64,000 bases of DNA from the human T2T-CHM13v2.0 reference genome, Homo sapiens: NCBI RefSeq assembly GCF_009914755.1, contig NC_060943.1, one strand, 5' to 3'. Positions 1 through 52,500 of the stretch are shown piece by piece. Numbering within the stretch: the first letter of the stretch is position 1; the number at the start of each line of letters is the position of its first letter. A program made the position numbers and the translations under genes. The notes under the pieces were generated by a model, which saw nothing but the letters and a program-made list of their open reading frames with translations, did not search any database and was not told the origin of the DNA.

Positions 1-213
1 GCGCCCCTGGGTCTGTGTTTTTATTGCACTTTCCTGCTGGCTTCCAGCTGCACCGCCAGTTCCGGGGAGGGCCCTGGGCCAGCGGCTGTCCGCCCCCCCT
101 CCTTCATAAAGTCCTGGCCTCGGGACAGCCTGCACAGCTGCCCAGCCTGCGGAGACGGGACAGCCCTGTCCCACTCACTCTTTCCCCTGCCGCTCCTGCC
201 GGCAGCTCCAACC
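1..213 (+). promoter_or_regulatory. ADGRE5: ADGRE5 proximal promoter / 5' UTR
   Basis: GC-rich, CCGCCCC GC box at ~90-96, CATAAA at 106-111, directly upstream of Kozak ACCATGG at 211-217; TSS not determinable from sequence. Confidence 0.6.
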
Positions 214-26795
<26,582 letters not shown>

Positions 26796-27376
26796 AGGCG
26801 CATGGTTCTGGACGGCCCAGCAGCTCCTGTGGCCACAGCAGCTTTGTACACGAAGACCATCCATCCTCCCTTCGTCCACCACTCTACTCCCTCCACCCTC
26901 CCTCCCTGATCCCGTGTGCCACCAGGAGGGAGTGGCAGCTATAGTCTGGCACCAAAGTCCAGGACACCCAGTGGGGTGGAGTCGGAGCCACTGGTCCTGC
27001 TGCTGGCTGCCTCTCTGCTCCACCTTGTGACCCAGGGTGGGGACAGGGGCTGGCCCAGGGCTGCAATGCAGCATGTTGCCCTGGCACCTGTGGCCAGTAC
27101 TCGGGACAGACTAAGGGCGCTTGTCCCATCCTGGACTTTTCCTCTCATGTCTTTGCTGCAGAACTGAAGAGACTAGGCGCTGGGGCTCAGCTTCCCTCTT
27201 AAGCTAAGACTGATGTCAGAGGCCCCATGGCGAGGCCCCTTGGGGCCACTGCCTGAGGCTCACGGTACAGAGGCCTGCCCTGCCTGGCCGGGCAGGAGGT
27301 TCTCACTGTTGTGAAGGTTGTAGACGTTGTGTAATGTGTTTTTATCTGTTAAAATTTTTCAGTGTTGACACTTAAA

Positions 27377-27382
27377 ATTAAA
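27377..27382 (+). terminator. ADGRE5: ADGRE5 polyadenylation signal (ATTAAA)
   Basis: Variant hexamer after a U-rich stretch at the end of a ~600-nt 3' UTR. Confidence 0.8.
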
Positions 27383-27507
27383 CACATGCATACAGAAGAT
27401 GGCCTTGCCTGCTGGTGGTGATTCAGAGGCCGGGCCCAGGGTGTCCGTGAAAGGCCAAGATGACCAAGAAATAGATGGGGTGGGAGCCAGGCTTCCATAA
27501 TAACAAG

Positions 27508-27513
27508 TTTATT
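27508..27513 (-). terminator. DDX39A: DDX39A polyadenylation signal (AATAAA)
   Basis: TTTATT on + strand, ~100 nt downstream of the DDX39A stop codon. Confidence 0.85.
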
Positions 27514-27609
27514 CTCATACAATCTCTAGCTTCTCAACAGTGGCGCCTGGAAAGGGGAGGTGAAGCTGCATGCGGGCGGCTCCGGGTGGGCGGCTCTGGC
27601 ACGTGGTGG

Positions 27610-31889
<4,280 letters not shown>

Positions 31890-32992
31890 GATGCTGAGAA
31901 GAGAGAGAGGCAGGGTCCCGCGAGTGGGCACAGAAGGATGATGAAGCTTCATTCAAATGGCATTCTCTGCCGCCTCCTTCCATGAGTGAGCCCATCAGCT
32001 CTACCTGGGCTGCACCTCGCAGCTTCGCCCTGTCTCCACCTCCCCACCCCCAAGCTACCCCATCTCTCCCCCATGCCCCTCTGGCCACACCCACAGACAG
32101 AACACCCTCCACCTCCAAGGGCTTCCCATGGCTCACAGAGTTAAAATCCCAACTCTCACCACAGGCCAGGCAATCCCCTTGGTTTGACCCCTGCTCACCT
32201 CATCCCACACCACCCCCAGCCTTGTTCAGCTGCTCAGACCCCTGGAGCCCCTGCCCCAAGCCTTTGAACCTGGCTGTCACCGCCAGGAATGCTCTGCCCC
32301 CAGGTCTCTGCACAAATGCCTCCTTCTCCACACGCAAGCCTCAGCTCCAGTGAACCTCCTCAGACTACTCAGCCCAGAGAAGCCCCCTCCCTATCACTCC
32401 CCAAGGAACCCACTGGGCTTTCATGGGGCAGGAGCCCAAAGATCCCAGGGGTGGGGCTGCCAGGATGCTGGTGGGAACTGAGTTTGCGAGAGAGCAAGCA
32501 GTATCTGCCCAGCCCCAGCTTCTCCCACTCTCTGTGGTCTGCACAGGGGAATAATTAAGTGCTCTCATGAAAGGCCTCCTATTGGGCCTGGGCCAATAAA
32601 AATAAAGCTGAGAAGATGGAAAATGGAATTAATACAAAGTCTGCCTACCTCTTTGCTTTATTAATCTAATGCATACCAAGTGCCTGCTGGGTGCAAGGGA
32701 CCCAAACATGAGGACAATTGTCTTTCGTCCTCCTCCCCTACCCCAGACTCCAGTGGGGGGTGGAGCAGAGGGTGACAGCTGCTACAATTCTTCCTGAGGC
32801 TGGATGCTGAGGATCCTAGGCCACTTTTGGCCTCGCTGTCACTCATTCCCGGCTCAGAAACAGCAATTCCATTGTCTCAATGGCTGTTTTCTCTCTCTCA
32901 ACCTCCCTGTCCATGAGGCAGTGAATCCCACCAAGGCCCTCTGGCCAGTTCTCACCTATGCTACCATGCTGGCCCCAAGCTGCTATCACCTG

Positions 32993-37428
<4,436 letters not shown>

Positions 37429-37559
37429 TTCCAAAATAAAGTCTTATTTGCTCTAAATCTCAGAATCCCGAATCCCGTAAAAAGTAGACCAAGAAGAAGG
37501 TAGACTGGGAAAGGGATCAAGTCCCTCGGACCCAAAGAAACCCCTGACAACTGAAAGCT

Positions 37560-38380
37560 CCAACTTCTCCCACCCAGGCCCCAGACCCCGGCGTCACCCC
37601 CTCGTCCCTCTCCAAATGGCCCCAGGCCGCCGCGGGGTCTATTCGGACGAACTGACAGACTCCAAGTGGGGCTCGGAGCGCCGTAGGCCATGACAGCCCC
37701 TCCGAGAAGCGGGCCCCGAGCCCCGAGCACCGCGCGCCAACGGCTGGCCCACCCCTAGCGCATGCGCCCCGGTGCCCAACGGCCAACACACAGCGCTCTG
37801 ACACACCAACCGCCCCGCCCCCACCGTCTCGCGACCCTTTCTCCCCCTCCCCTTAGATCCCAACGTCTCCCCTCGTCCTCTCGCTCTCAGTTCAGACGTC
37901 CCCACACCGCGGCCCCGCGCCCGGGATCCGCTGCTCACCTGGCTCCCCGTTCTTCTCCGCGCGCTGCTAAGAGACACTTCCAACTTCGGTTTTCCGCCGG
38001 GCGCTCAGACACGAGTTGCTGCGCTTCCTGCCTCTTGCGTCGGGCTGCTGCTCTGCTGACTGGGCCGCTGCCTTTTCATTCAAGAGAGGCCGAAGCGGTG
38101 ATTGGGTCCTGTGGAAGGGACCGGGAGATTATTGGCGGAGACGGGAAGAAAGAGGGCGTGCCTTACGCCTCGCGTTTATTGGTCAATCTAAAAGTAGGCG
38201 CGCCCCAGTGAGCCGACAGACTGGCTCCGACAGCGCGCGGTCTCGTGATCTGGGTGTGGTGCTCGGTGGGAGCCGCCATGTTTAGTACTGATAACTGAAG
38301 ACCGGATGATTGCGTTTTGGCGTGTGCCCCACCTTTTCGAAGAGTGGCGTCTGCGCTGGGCGCTGAAACCAGAACTGTCC
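37560..38380 (-). promoter_or_regulatory. DDX39A: DDX39A CpG-island promoter
   Basis: High CpG; CCAAT boxes (- strand) at 38101, 38131, 38178; CTTGAA at 38079-38084; NRF1 palindrome GCGCATGCGC 37758-37767; YY1-like AACATGGCGGC ~38272-38282. Confidence 0.85.
37939..38070 (-). other. DDX39A: DDX39A non-coding exon 1 (5' boundary approximate)
   Basis: Strong donor CAG|GTGAGC on - strand inside a CpG island, downstream of a CCAAT cluster. Confidence 0.8.
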
Positions 38381-38594
38381 CAGTTGCTATCAATCTGCGG
38401 CCTGGGGGTCCTCCACAGTGTAGGCTCTGAAAAGAATAGGGAGCTTGGAATGACTCAAATGGACAGAACATTTTGCAGTATTTGGATTTCTATCGCTCCA
38501 CGATAGTTTTGTCTCCTTGATTTTCACGTTAGTAGAAGCATGCAATAGGTTGTCTTTTGTGTCTGACTTTTGCTCAACAAAGCTGTTTTTTTGA

Positions 38595-38850
<256 letters not shown>

Positions 38851-39238
38851 TGAGCCACCCTGCCTGGCCGCAGCAAAGTGTTTTTGAGAGTTGTCCATGT
38901 TGTGGGGATATCAACAGCTCGTTATTTTTTACTGCTGAGTGGTATTTCATTGTGTGGCTATACTATAATGTAGCCAATATAGTTTCACTCACCTGTTCTT
39001 GGCCAATTGATTGTTTCCGGTCTTTGGCCACTGTTAATAGAGCTTGTACTGTAAGAGTATTTTGGGGAAGATAAATTTTCATTTCTTTTAAATACTTAGG
39101 AGTGGCATGGTGGCATGGTCACTAAGCTTTATTAGATCCTGGCAGATTTATTTTCCTATCATCCTTCCTCCCTCTTTCCCTCCACTTTCTTCTTTCTTTC
39201 TTCAGGGTGTCACTCTTGTTACCTATCATGCCCAGCTA

Positions 39239-39631
<393 letters not shown>

Positions 39632-39729
39632 CTATAATCCCAGCACTTTGGGAGACCAAGGAGGGCGGTTCACTTGAGGTCAGGAGTTTGAGACCAGCCT
39701 GACAACATGGAGAAACCCCGTCTGTACTA

Positions 39730-39879
<150 letters not shown>

Positions 39880-39937
39880 TCACCTAAGGCCAGGAGTTCA
39901 AGACCAGCCTAGGCAACATAGTGAGACCTCATCTCTA

Positions 39938-40216
<279 letters not shown>

Positions 40217-40277
40217 TCACCTGAGGTTGGGAGTTCGAGACCAGCCTGACCAACATGGAGAACCCTCGTCTCTACTA

Positions 40278-40474
<197 letters not shown>

Positions 40475-40651
40475 TCACTCCAACTCCTTTCCTCCCAGTA
40501 CAGAAACAATGCCCTAAAGAAAAACAGTCGTACTGAACAGTTACTGCACCCACCTTTACAAGAATTACAGTCATGGGGTCACATAATGACACGGACATGT
40601 TGAGAAATGTCTCCATAGGCAATCTTGTCATTGTATGAACATCATGGAGTT

Positions 40652-41570
<919 letters not shown>

Positions 41571-41751
41571 CTTAGATAAACCTAGATGGGTCTGGGCATG
41601 GTGGTTCATTCCCAGCACTTTGGGAGGCCAAGGCGGGTGGATCACGAGGTCAGGAGTTCGAGAACAGCCTGGCCAACATGGTGAAACACTGTCTGTACTA
41701 AAAATACAAAAATTAGCCGGGCATGGTGGTGCGCACCTGTAATACCAGCTA

Positions 41752-41872
<121 letters not shown>

Positions 41873-41916
41873 CTAGATGGTATGGCTACTACACGTGTAG
41901 GCTATGTGGTATAGCC

Positions 41917-42249
41917 CAGCAGTCCCCAACCTTTTTGGCACCAGGGACCTGAATGATGGAAGACAATTTTTCCATGGACGTAAGGAGGGTGGATGGTTCT
42001 GGGATGAAATTGTTCCACCTCAGATCATCAGGCATTAGTTAGATTCTCATAAGGAATGGGCAACCTCGATCCCTCACATGCACAGTTCACAATAGGGTTG
42101 AGCTGCTATGAGAATCTAATGCTGTTGCTGATCTGAGAGGAGGCAGAGCTCAGGCTGTAGGTAATGCTCACCCATCACTCACCTCCTGCTGTGTGGCCTG
42201 GTCCCTGACAGGCCACGAGGCCAGGGAGGGGTGGGGGTGGGGACCCCTG
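41917..42249 (-). mobile_element. MER1B (hAT-Charlie)
   Basis: CAGCAGTCCCCAACCTTTTTGGCACCAGGGAC...GGGGACCCCTG termini; internal ATTAGATTCTCATA / TATGAGAATCTAAT inverted repeat. Confidence 0.85.
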
Positions 42250-42596
42250 CTATATAAAGCCTACTGCTCCTAGGCTACCAACCCGGACAGTGTGTAACTG
42301 TCTGAATACTGTAGGCAATTGCAACACAATGCTAAGTATTTGTTTTGTTGTTTTTACCTTCATCTTCTTTGTGATGTTACAATGGTAGGTATTTGGATAT
42401 CTATACATATCAAAACATAGAAAAGGTACTGGGTGTAGTGGCTCACACATGTAATCCCAGAACTTTGGAAGGCTGAGGCAGGAAGTTCAAGACTAGCTTG
42501 GGCAATGTGGTGAGACCTCTTCTCTACCAAAGGAAAAAAAAAAAGCTAAAAAGCTACTTCATATAAATTTCCTTTCATTTCCCTTTTTATTTTTCC

Positions 42597-42629
<33 letters not shown>

Positions 42630-42631
42630 GA

Positions 42632-43141
<510 letters not shown>

Positions 43142-43369
43142 TCACTCGGGCCATAGTGCCAGGTGAGATCTCAGCTCACTGTAACCTCCACCTCCTTGGC
43201 CCACTAATTTTTGTATTTTTTAGAAGAAATGAGGTTTTGCCATGTTGTCCAGGCTGCTCTGGAACTCCTGAGCTCAAGCAATCTTCCCGCCTCTGCCTCC
43301 CCAAAGTGCTAGGATTATAGGCATGAGCCACCCCGCCCAGCCTCCTTTACTTTATACATTTTTTCACTT

Positions 43370-43402
<33 letters not shown>
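43370..43402 (+). repeat. (TA)n(TG)n microsatellite
   Basis: Seen directly. Confidence 0.9.
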
Positions 43403-43462
43403 TTGATACAAATGGTATCAGACTGCATCATTTTGTTCCTTTCTTTCTCTTTAGTATCATTA

Positions 43463-43778
<316 letters not shown>

Positions 43779-43881
43779 CTAAAGATGATGCTCTCCCTAT
43801 GCTGCCCAGGCTGGTCTAGAACTCCTGTCCTCTGCAATCCTCCCACCTCTGCCTCCCAAAGTACTGGGACTACAGGCCTGA

Positions 43882-44172
<291 letters not shown>

Positions 44173-45071
44173 TAAGCCACCGCGCCTGGCCTTTTTTTGT
44201 ATTTTTAGTAGAGACGGGGTTTCACTGTGTTAGCCAGGACGGTCTCAATCTCCTGGCCTCGTGATCCACCCACCTCGGCCTTCCAAAGTGCTGGGATTAC
44301 AGGCGTGAGCCACCGTGCCCAGCCTACCTTGCAGTTTTCTAGCTTGTCTTTCCCAAGTTTACTCCAGTACCTGCCCTTCAGGGAAGCCTACACTGACTGC
44401 TTCCTCTGAAGTGCGACAGCTACCCCCTCCAGCCTTTGCAGTCTGGGATACCTTTCGCCTGATACCTCATACTGTGCCCACTCATTCCTTTCACAAAGAC
44501 GGACGTAGCACAGGCTCTGTGCAATTTCAGGGAGGAGTAACATGCAAAATAATCAAACAGGGCCAAGGGCCAGAAATGACGTCGGTGTGGTCTAGGAAGA
44601 TTGCTCAGAAGATGTTACATTTAAACAGATAACTAAATGAGCAAAAGGGGCCAGCCCTGGAAAGATGTGATAGAAAAGCATTCCAGAACAGATAACAGCC
44701 AGTGCAAGGGCCATGTGGTTGGAAGTAAGGTGAGACTATTTGTTTTTGTTTGTTTTTTTTTTTGACGGTGGGAGGTGGTTTGTTTTTTTGTTTCTTTGGT
44801 CTCACTCTGTTGCCCAGGCTGGAATGCAGTAGCATGATTTTTGTTTTTTATTTGAAACGGAGTCTTGCTCTATCACCCAGGCCAGAGTGCATGGCACTGT
44901 CTCGGCTCACTGCAACCTCTGCCTCCTGGGTTCAAACAGTTCTCTGCCTCAGCCACCCAAGTAGCTGGGATTACAGGTGCCCACCACAACACCCAGATAA
45001 TTTTTGTATTTTTAGTAGAGATGGGGTTTCACCATCTTGGCCAGGCTGGTCTTGAACTCCTGACCTCGTGA

Positions 45072-46017
<946 letters not shown>

Positions 46018-46516
46018 TAGAGATGGGGTTTCACCATGTTGGACAAGCTGGTCTCGAACTCCTGACCTAAGGTGATCAACCTGACACAGCCTCACAAAGT
46101 CCTGGGATTCCAGGCATGATCCACTGTGCCTGGCCAAGGTGAGACTATTTGAAGAACATAGTGAAGGCTAATGTTGCTGGATGGGGGTGAGGAGAGTGAG
46201 GTGTTTGGACAGGTGGGCAGAGAATTCTGACAAGACCACCTTGTAGACCAAGTGAGGAGTATGAAGTTTTTCCTAAGTCTGCTGGGAAACCAGGCACAGG
46301 CACGTTTTCTAGCAGGGAGAAGCAGGGATGGTGATGGTGTGATTTAGGATTTCCAAGGCCCCAGAGTGAATTAGAGAGGGGTGAGAACAGCTGCAAGGAT
46401 GTGCCGGTGCAGTTATCATATTTTGTTGAGATTGTACAATTAGTCCTTTGTCTCTCCCCCCGACACTTTTTTTTTTTTTTTTGTCTTGCTCTGTCTCCCA
46501 GGCTGGAGTGCAGTAG

Positions 46517-47080
<564 letters not shown>

Positions 47081-47091
47081 TAGCCTCCTGA

Positions 47092-47280
<189 letters not shown>

Positions 47281-47282
47281 TA

Positions 47283-47483
<201 letters not shown>

Positions 47484-48116
47484 TCAAGGGGCTGAGGTGG
47501 GAGGATGACTTGAACCTGGGAGGTTGAGGCTGCGCTGCAGTGAGCTGTGATCTCACCCACTGCACTCTAGCCTGGGTGACAGAATGAGACTTTGTCTCCA
47601 AAAAAAAAAAAAAGGCCTGAACTGCAACTTTATCTCCAGTGCCACCAAATTCCCCAGTGGGTCTCTGTAAATATTCACTGAGTAAATGAATGCCTGAAGG
47701 GTGGAGCGAGAATTTGGCTGGTTTCCCCAGCTCCATCTGGGGAGGCAGCCTGGGACCTCACAGGTTGGGGAGGGAGGGCCCATCCCTGTGCAAGGTGGTT
47801 CCAGACAACCCAATCCTTCGGCCCCCATGAAACCTCACTCTGCCTTGTCCTCCTCATCTGTAGAATGGGTGGGCTGGAGAATTAGAGGGAGCTACTTCGT
47901 TTCTCAGGGAAAGGGCCATAGACATCCTGGCTTGATGATTGGGGTAAGGGACTTCTCAGCTTACTCACCTGCAAAACTGGAGCAAAAGAACTAGTTTGGG
48001 CCAAGCTTGATGGCTCATGCCTGTAATCCCAGCATTTCAGGAGGCCAATGCAGAAGAATTGCTTGAGCCCAGGAGTTCAAGACCAGATTGGGCAATATTA
48101 CGAGATCCAGTATCTA

Positions 48117-48559
<443 letters not shown>

Positions 48560-48636
48560 TCAGCCTGGGCAACGAGAGCGAAATTCTGTCTAAACAAACA
48601 AACAAACAAATAAATAAATAAATATGAAAGAACTAG

Positions 48637-48889
<253 letters not shown>

Positions 48890-48987
48890 TAGACAGGATG
48901 GTCTCGATCTCCTGACCTCGTGATCTGCTCGTCTGGGCCTCCCAAAGTGCTGGGGTGACAGGCGTGAGCCACCATGCCTGGCCATGA

Positions 48988-49221
<234 letters not shown>

Positions 49222-49696
49222 TAATTTTTAGTAGAGATGGGGTTTCACCATGTTGGCCAGGCTGGTCTCGAATTCCTGGCCTCAAGTGATTCACCCCCCT
49301 TGACCTCCTAAATTGCTGGGATTACAGGTGGGAGCCACTGCGCCCAGCCACAGAGTTCTTTCTTTTATTCAATCAACAAGCATTTGAGAAACAGTTAGAA
49401 GGCTCATGTGGCTGGAAGGAGTGAGCAAGGGGGAGAGATGGGAGGAAGTAAGAACTGATGGTGCAGAGCTTCGTGGGCTGTGGGGAGGACCTGAGTTTTT
49501 TCCCTGAGTGAGCTGGGAGCCATGGAGGGTTCTAGACAGAGGAGGGGCATACCCCATCTCATGTGTTCACTGCTCCCTTGGGCTGTTGTGGGAACAGACT
49601 GTGGGGGCGAGGGCAAAACCAGGAGACCAGGAGAGAGGTGACTACTGGTTAAGGTGAGTGATGGTAGGGACTGGATGCGACAAAGTGGAAAGGTGA

Positions 49697-50231
<535 letters not shown>

Positions 50232-51202
50232 TGACCTCCAGTGATCCATCCACCACCCACCTTGGCTTCCTAAAGGGCTGGGATTACAGGGGTGAGCCAC
50301 TGCACCCAGCCGTTTTTTTTTTTCTTTCTTTTTTTAGACAGGGTCTCGCTCTGTCACCCAGGCTGGAGTGCAGGGGCATCATGATTTCTCCCCACAGTGA
50401 TGCATTCTCGGCCTCTTGAGCTCAAGCGATCCTCCCGCCTCAGCCTCCTGGTAGCTGGGACTACAGGCGTGCGCCACCATGCCCGGCTGGATGGGTTCTG
50501 GATCAGCATAATTCTCCTCCTTCTCTCTTTCTGTTGTTAGTATCTCCCAAAGAGTTGCTCAGAGGAAAAAATAAGAGAGAAAACATCGCGCCCTGGTTTC
50601 TGGGACGACTGAAACCACGCAGAGCCACGGGTAACCAAGGTACCCGCAGCCCACGGCGCTTCCTCGGGTCCCAAAGGGCGCCAATGTGCAGGCACCGCCG
50701 CCAGGGAGCGCTCCCTGCCGGAGCCCCGGAGACCAAGGTTTGGCTCCCTCGCCTGGTTTCCGAAGGAGTGAGGGTCCGACGGCGGCCACGAACAAAGCTG
50801 CACGCTCTGCAGACCCCGGAGATCCCCTAGAAATTCCGCAGAGGCCTCCACTCTCCGCTTGGGCACGAGTCTGCATTTATGGAGCGCCATCTGCATGCAG
50901 CAGCCCCGAAAAAGAAGGCGATGCCCATTTTATAGCGGGGAAAACTGAGACTCAGAGGCCACAGGGGTCCCCAGGATGAACAGCAAGTTGGGATTCAAAC
51001 CTCTTTTAATAACAATAACGATAATAGAGGCTGGGCGCGGTGGCTCAGGCCTGTGTAATCTCAGCACTTTAGGAGACCGAGGCGGGCGGATCACCTGAGA
51101 TCAGGAGTTCGAGGCCAGCCTGGCCAATATGATGAAACCCCGTCTCTACTAAAAATACAAAAATTAGCCGGGTATGGTGGTGGGCACCTGTAATCCCAGC
51201 TA

Positions 51203-51349
<147 letters not shown>

Positions 51350-51679
51350 TTAAAAGTGACAGCAGCTAACACTTATGGAGCGTCTAGTGTGTTCTCAGCT
51401 CTTGGCCTGCACTGTCTTATTGAATTTTACCAACACCGAGGAGGTGAGCGCATCATTCCCATTTCACAGATGAGGTGCCTGGAAGGGTTTGTCTCCCTCA
51501 AGGCGTAAAGCGCTAGGATTTGAATGCAGATCCGCCCAGAGCTTGTCTCCAGGTAACGGGGAAACTTCCATGCCCTTGAATAGGGGACCACAGATGCAGG
51601 CGTCCCGAGCTTGCAAATGCACCGGGGTAGGGTGGGGTGGGGGGTTATTCTGTTTGTTTTTTTCAGGGGTCCCGGGAGG

Positions 51680-52500
51680 CCCAAAGGCCTCCGCCGCTCT
51701 CGGCTTGAACGCGTGGAACCGTTCTCCTCGGGTTCCCGCGCGCTCCAATGGGGGACCCCTCGGCAGCGTGCGGTCGTCTCGGGACCCGGAAAGAGGAAAG
51801 GTGGGGAGCCGATGGGGATGCTCCGGGCTCGGGAGACCGAGGGGGCGGACGGGCGGGACCCCGCAGCCCCGGGGGCCTCTGGGAACCCGTCCCCCCTCGG
51901 CCCCGCCCCCTCCCCGGGCGCCGACCTCCGGGGTCACGTGACCAGGCCCGGCGGCCGCTGGGGCCGGAGGGCGCGGCGCGGGGACGCGGCGGCCTGGCCA
52001 GGCGAGGCGGGAGCCGAGCAGGCCGGAGCGGGCCGCGCGCCGGGGAGGGTCGCGCCGCGCCCGCCCCCTCCCCGCCACGCCCGGGGCGCACGCGCGCTCC
52101 TCTGGCCGCCCCTCCCTCCGCGCGGGGACCCCTGGCGGGCGGCAGGAGGACATGGCCAGCGACGCCGTGCAGGTAGGCGCACCTGCGTCTGGAGTCCCGG
52201 GGCGACCGGACGGCGCCGGCGGACCCCGCCCGCGCGCTGCCGGGGGAGCCCCCCCAGCCCCCGGAACGGGACTCGGGTGACGATGGCAAGGGCGGGGGCC
52301 TCCGGAGCGCCCGGCGCCCCCTCCCTGGGCCGGGACTGTGGAGCCAGCGAGGCCCCCTTCTCGGCAGGTGGCGATGTGGACTGGGCTGGTTTGGGGGCGA
52401 TCCCGGAGGCAACCCCTGCTACACCCTCAAACTCGGCCTCTCCTGGAGAACTAGAAGGGGCGCGGCGGAGGCTCTACTTCGGGTGTCTGTGGCTGGCTGG
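51680..52500 (+). promoter_or_regulatory. PKN1: PKN1 main CpG-island promoter
   Basis: Extreme GC/CpG content, GC boxes, GTCACGTGAC E-box 51933-51942, upstream of the MASDAVQ exon. Confidence 0.88.
52152..52172 (+). CDS. PKN1: PKN1 exon 1a (MASDAVQ)
   Basis: Kozak GACATGG; donor CAG|gtaggc; phase 0 joins exon 2 SEPRSW. Confidence 0.93.
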
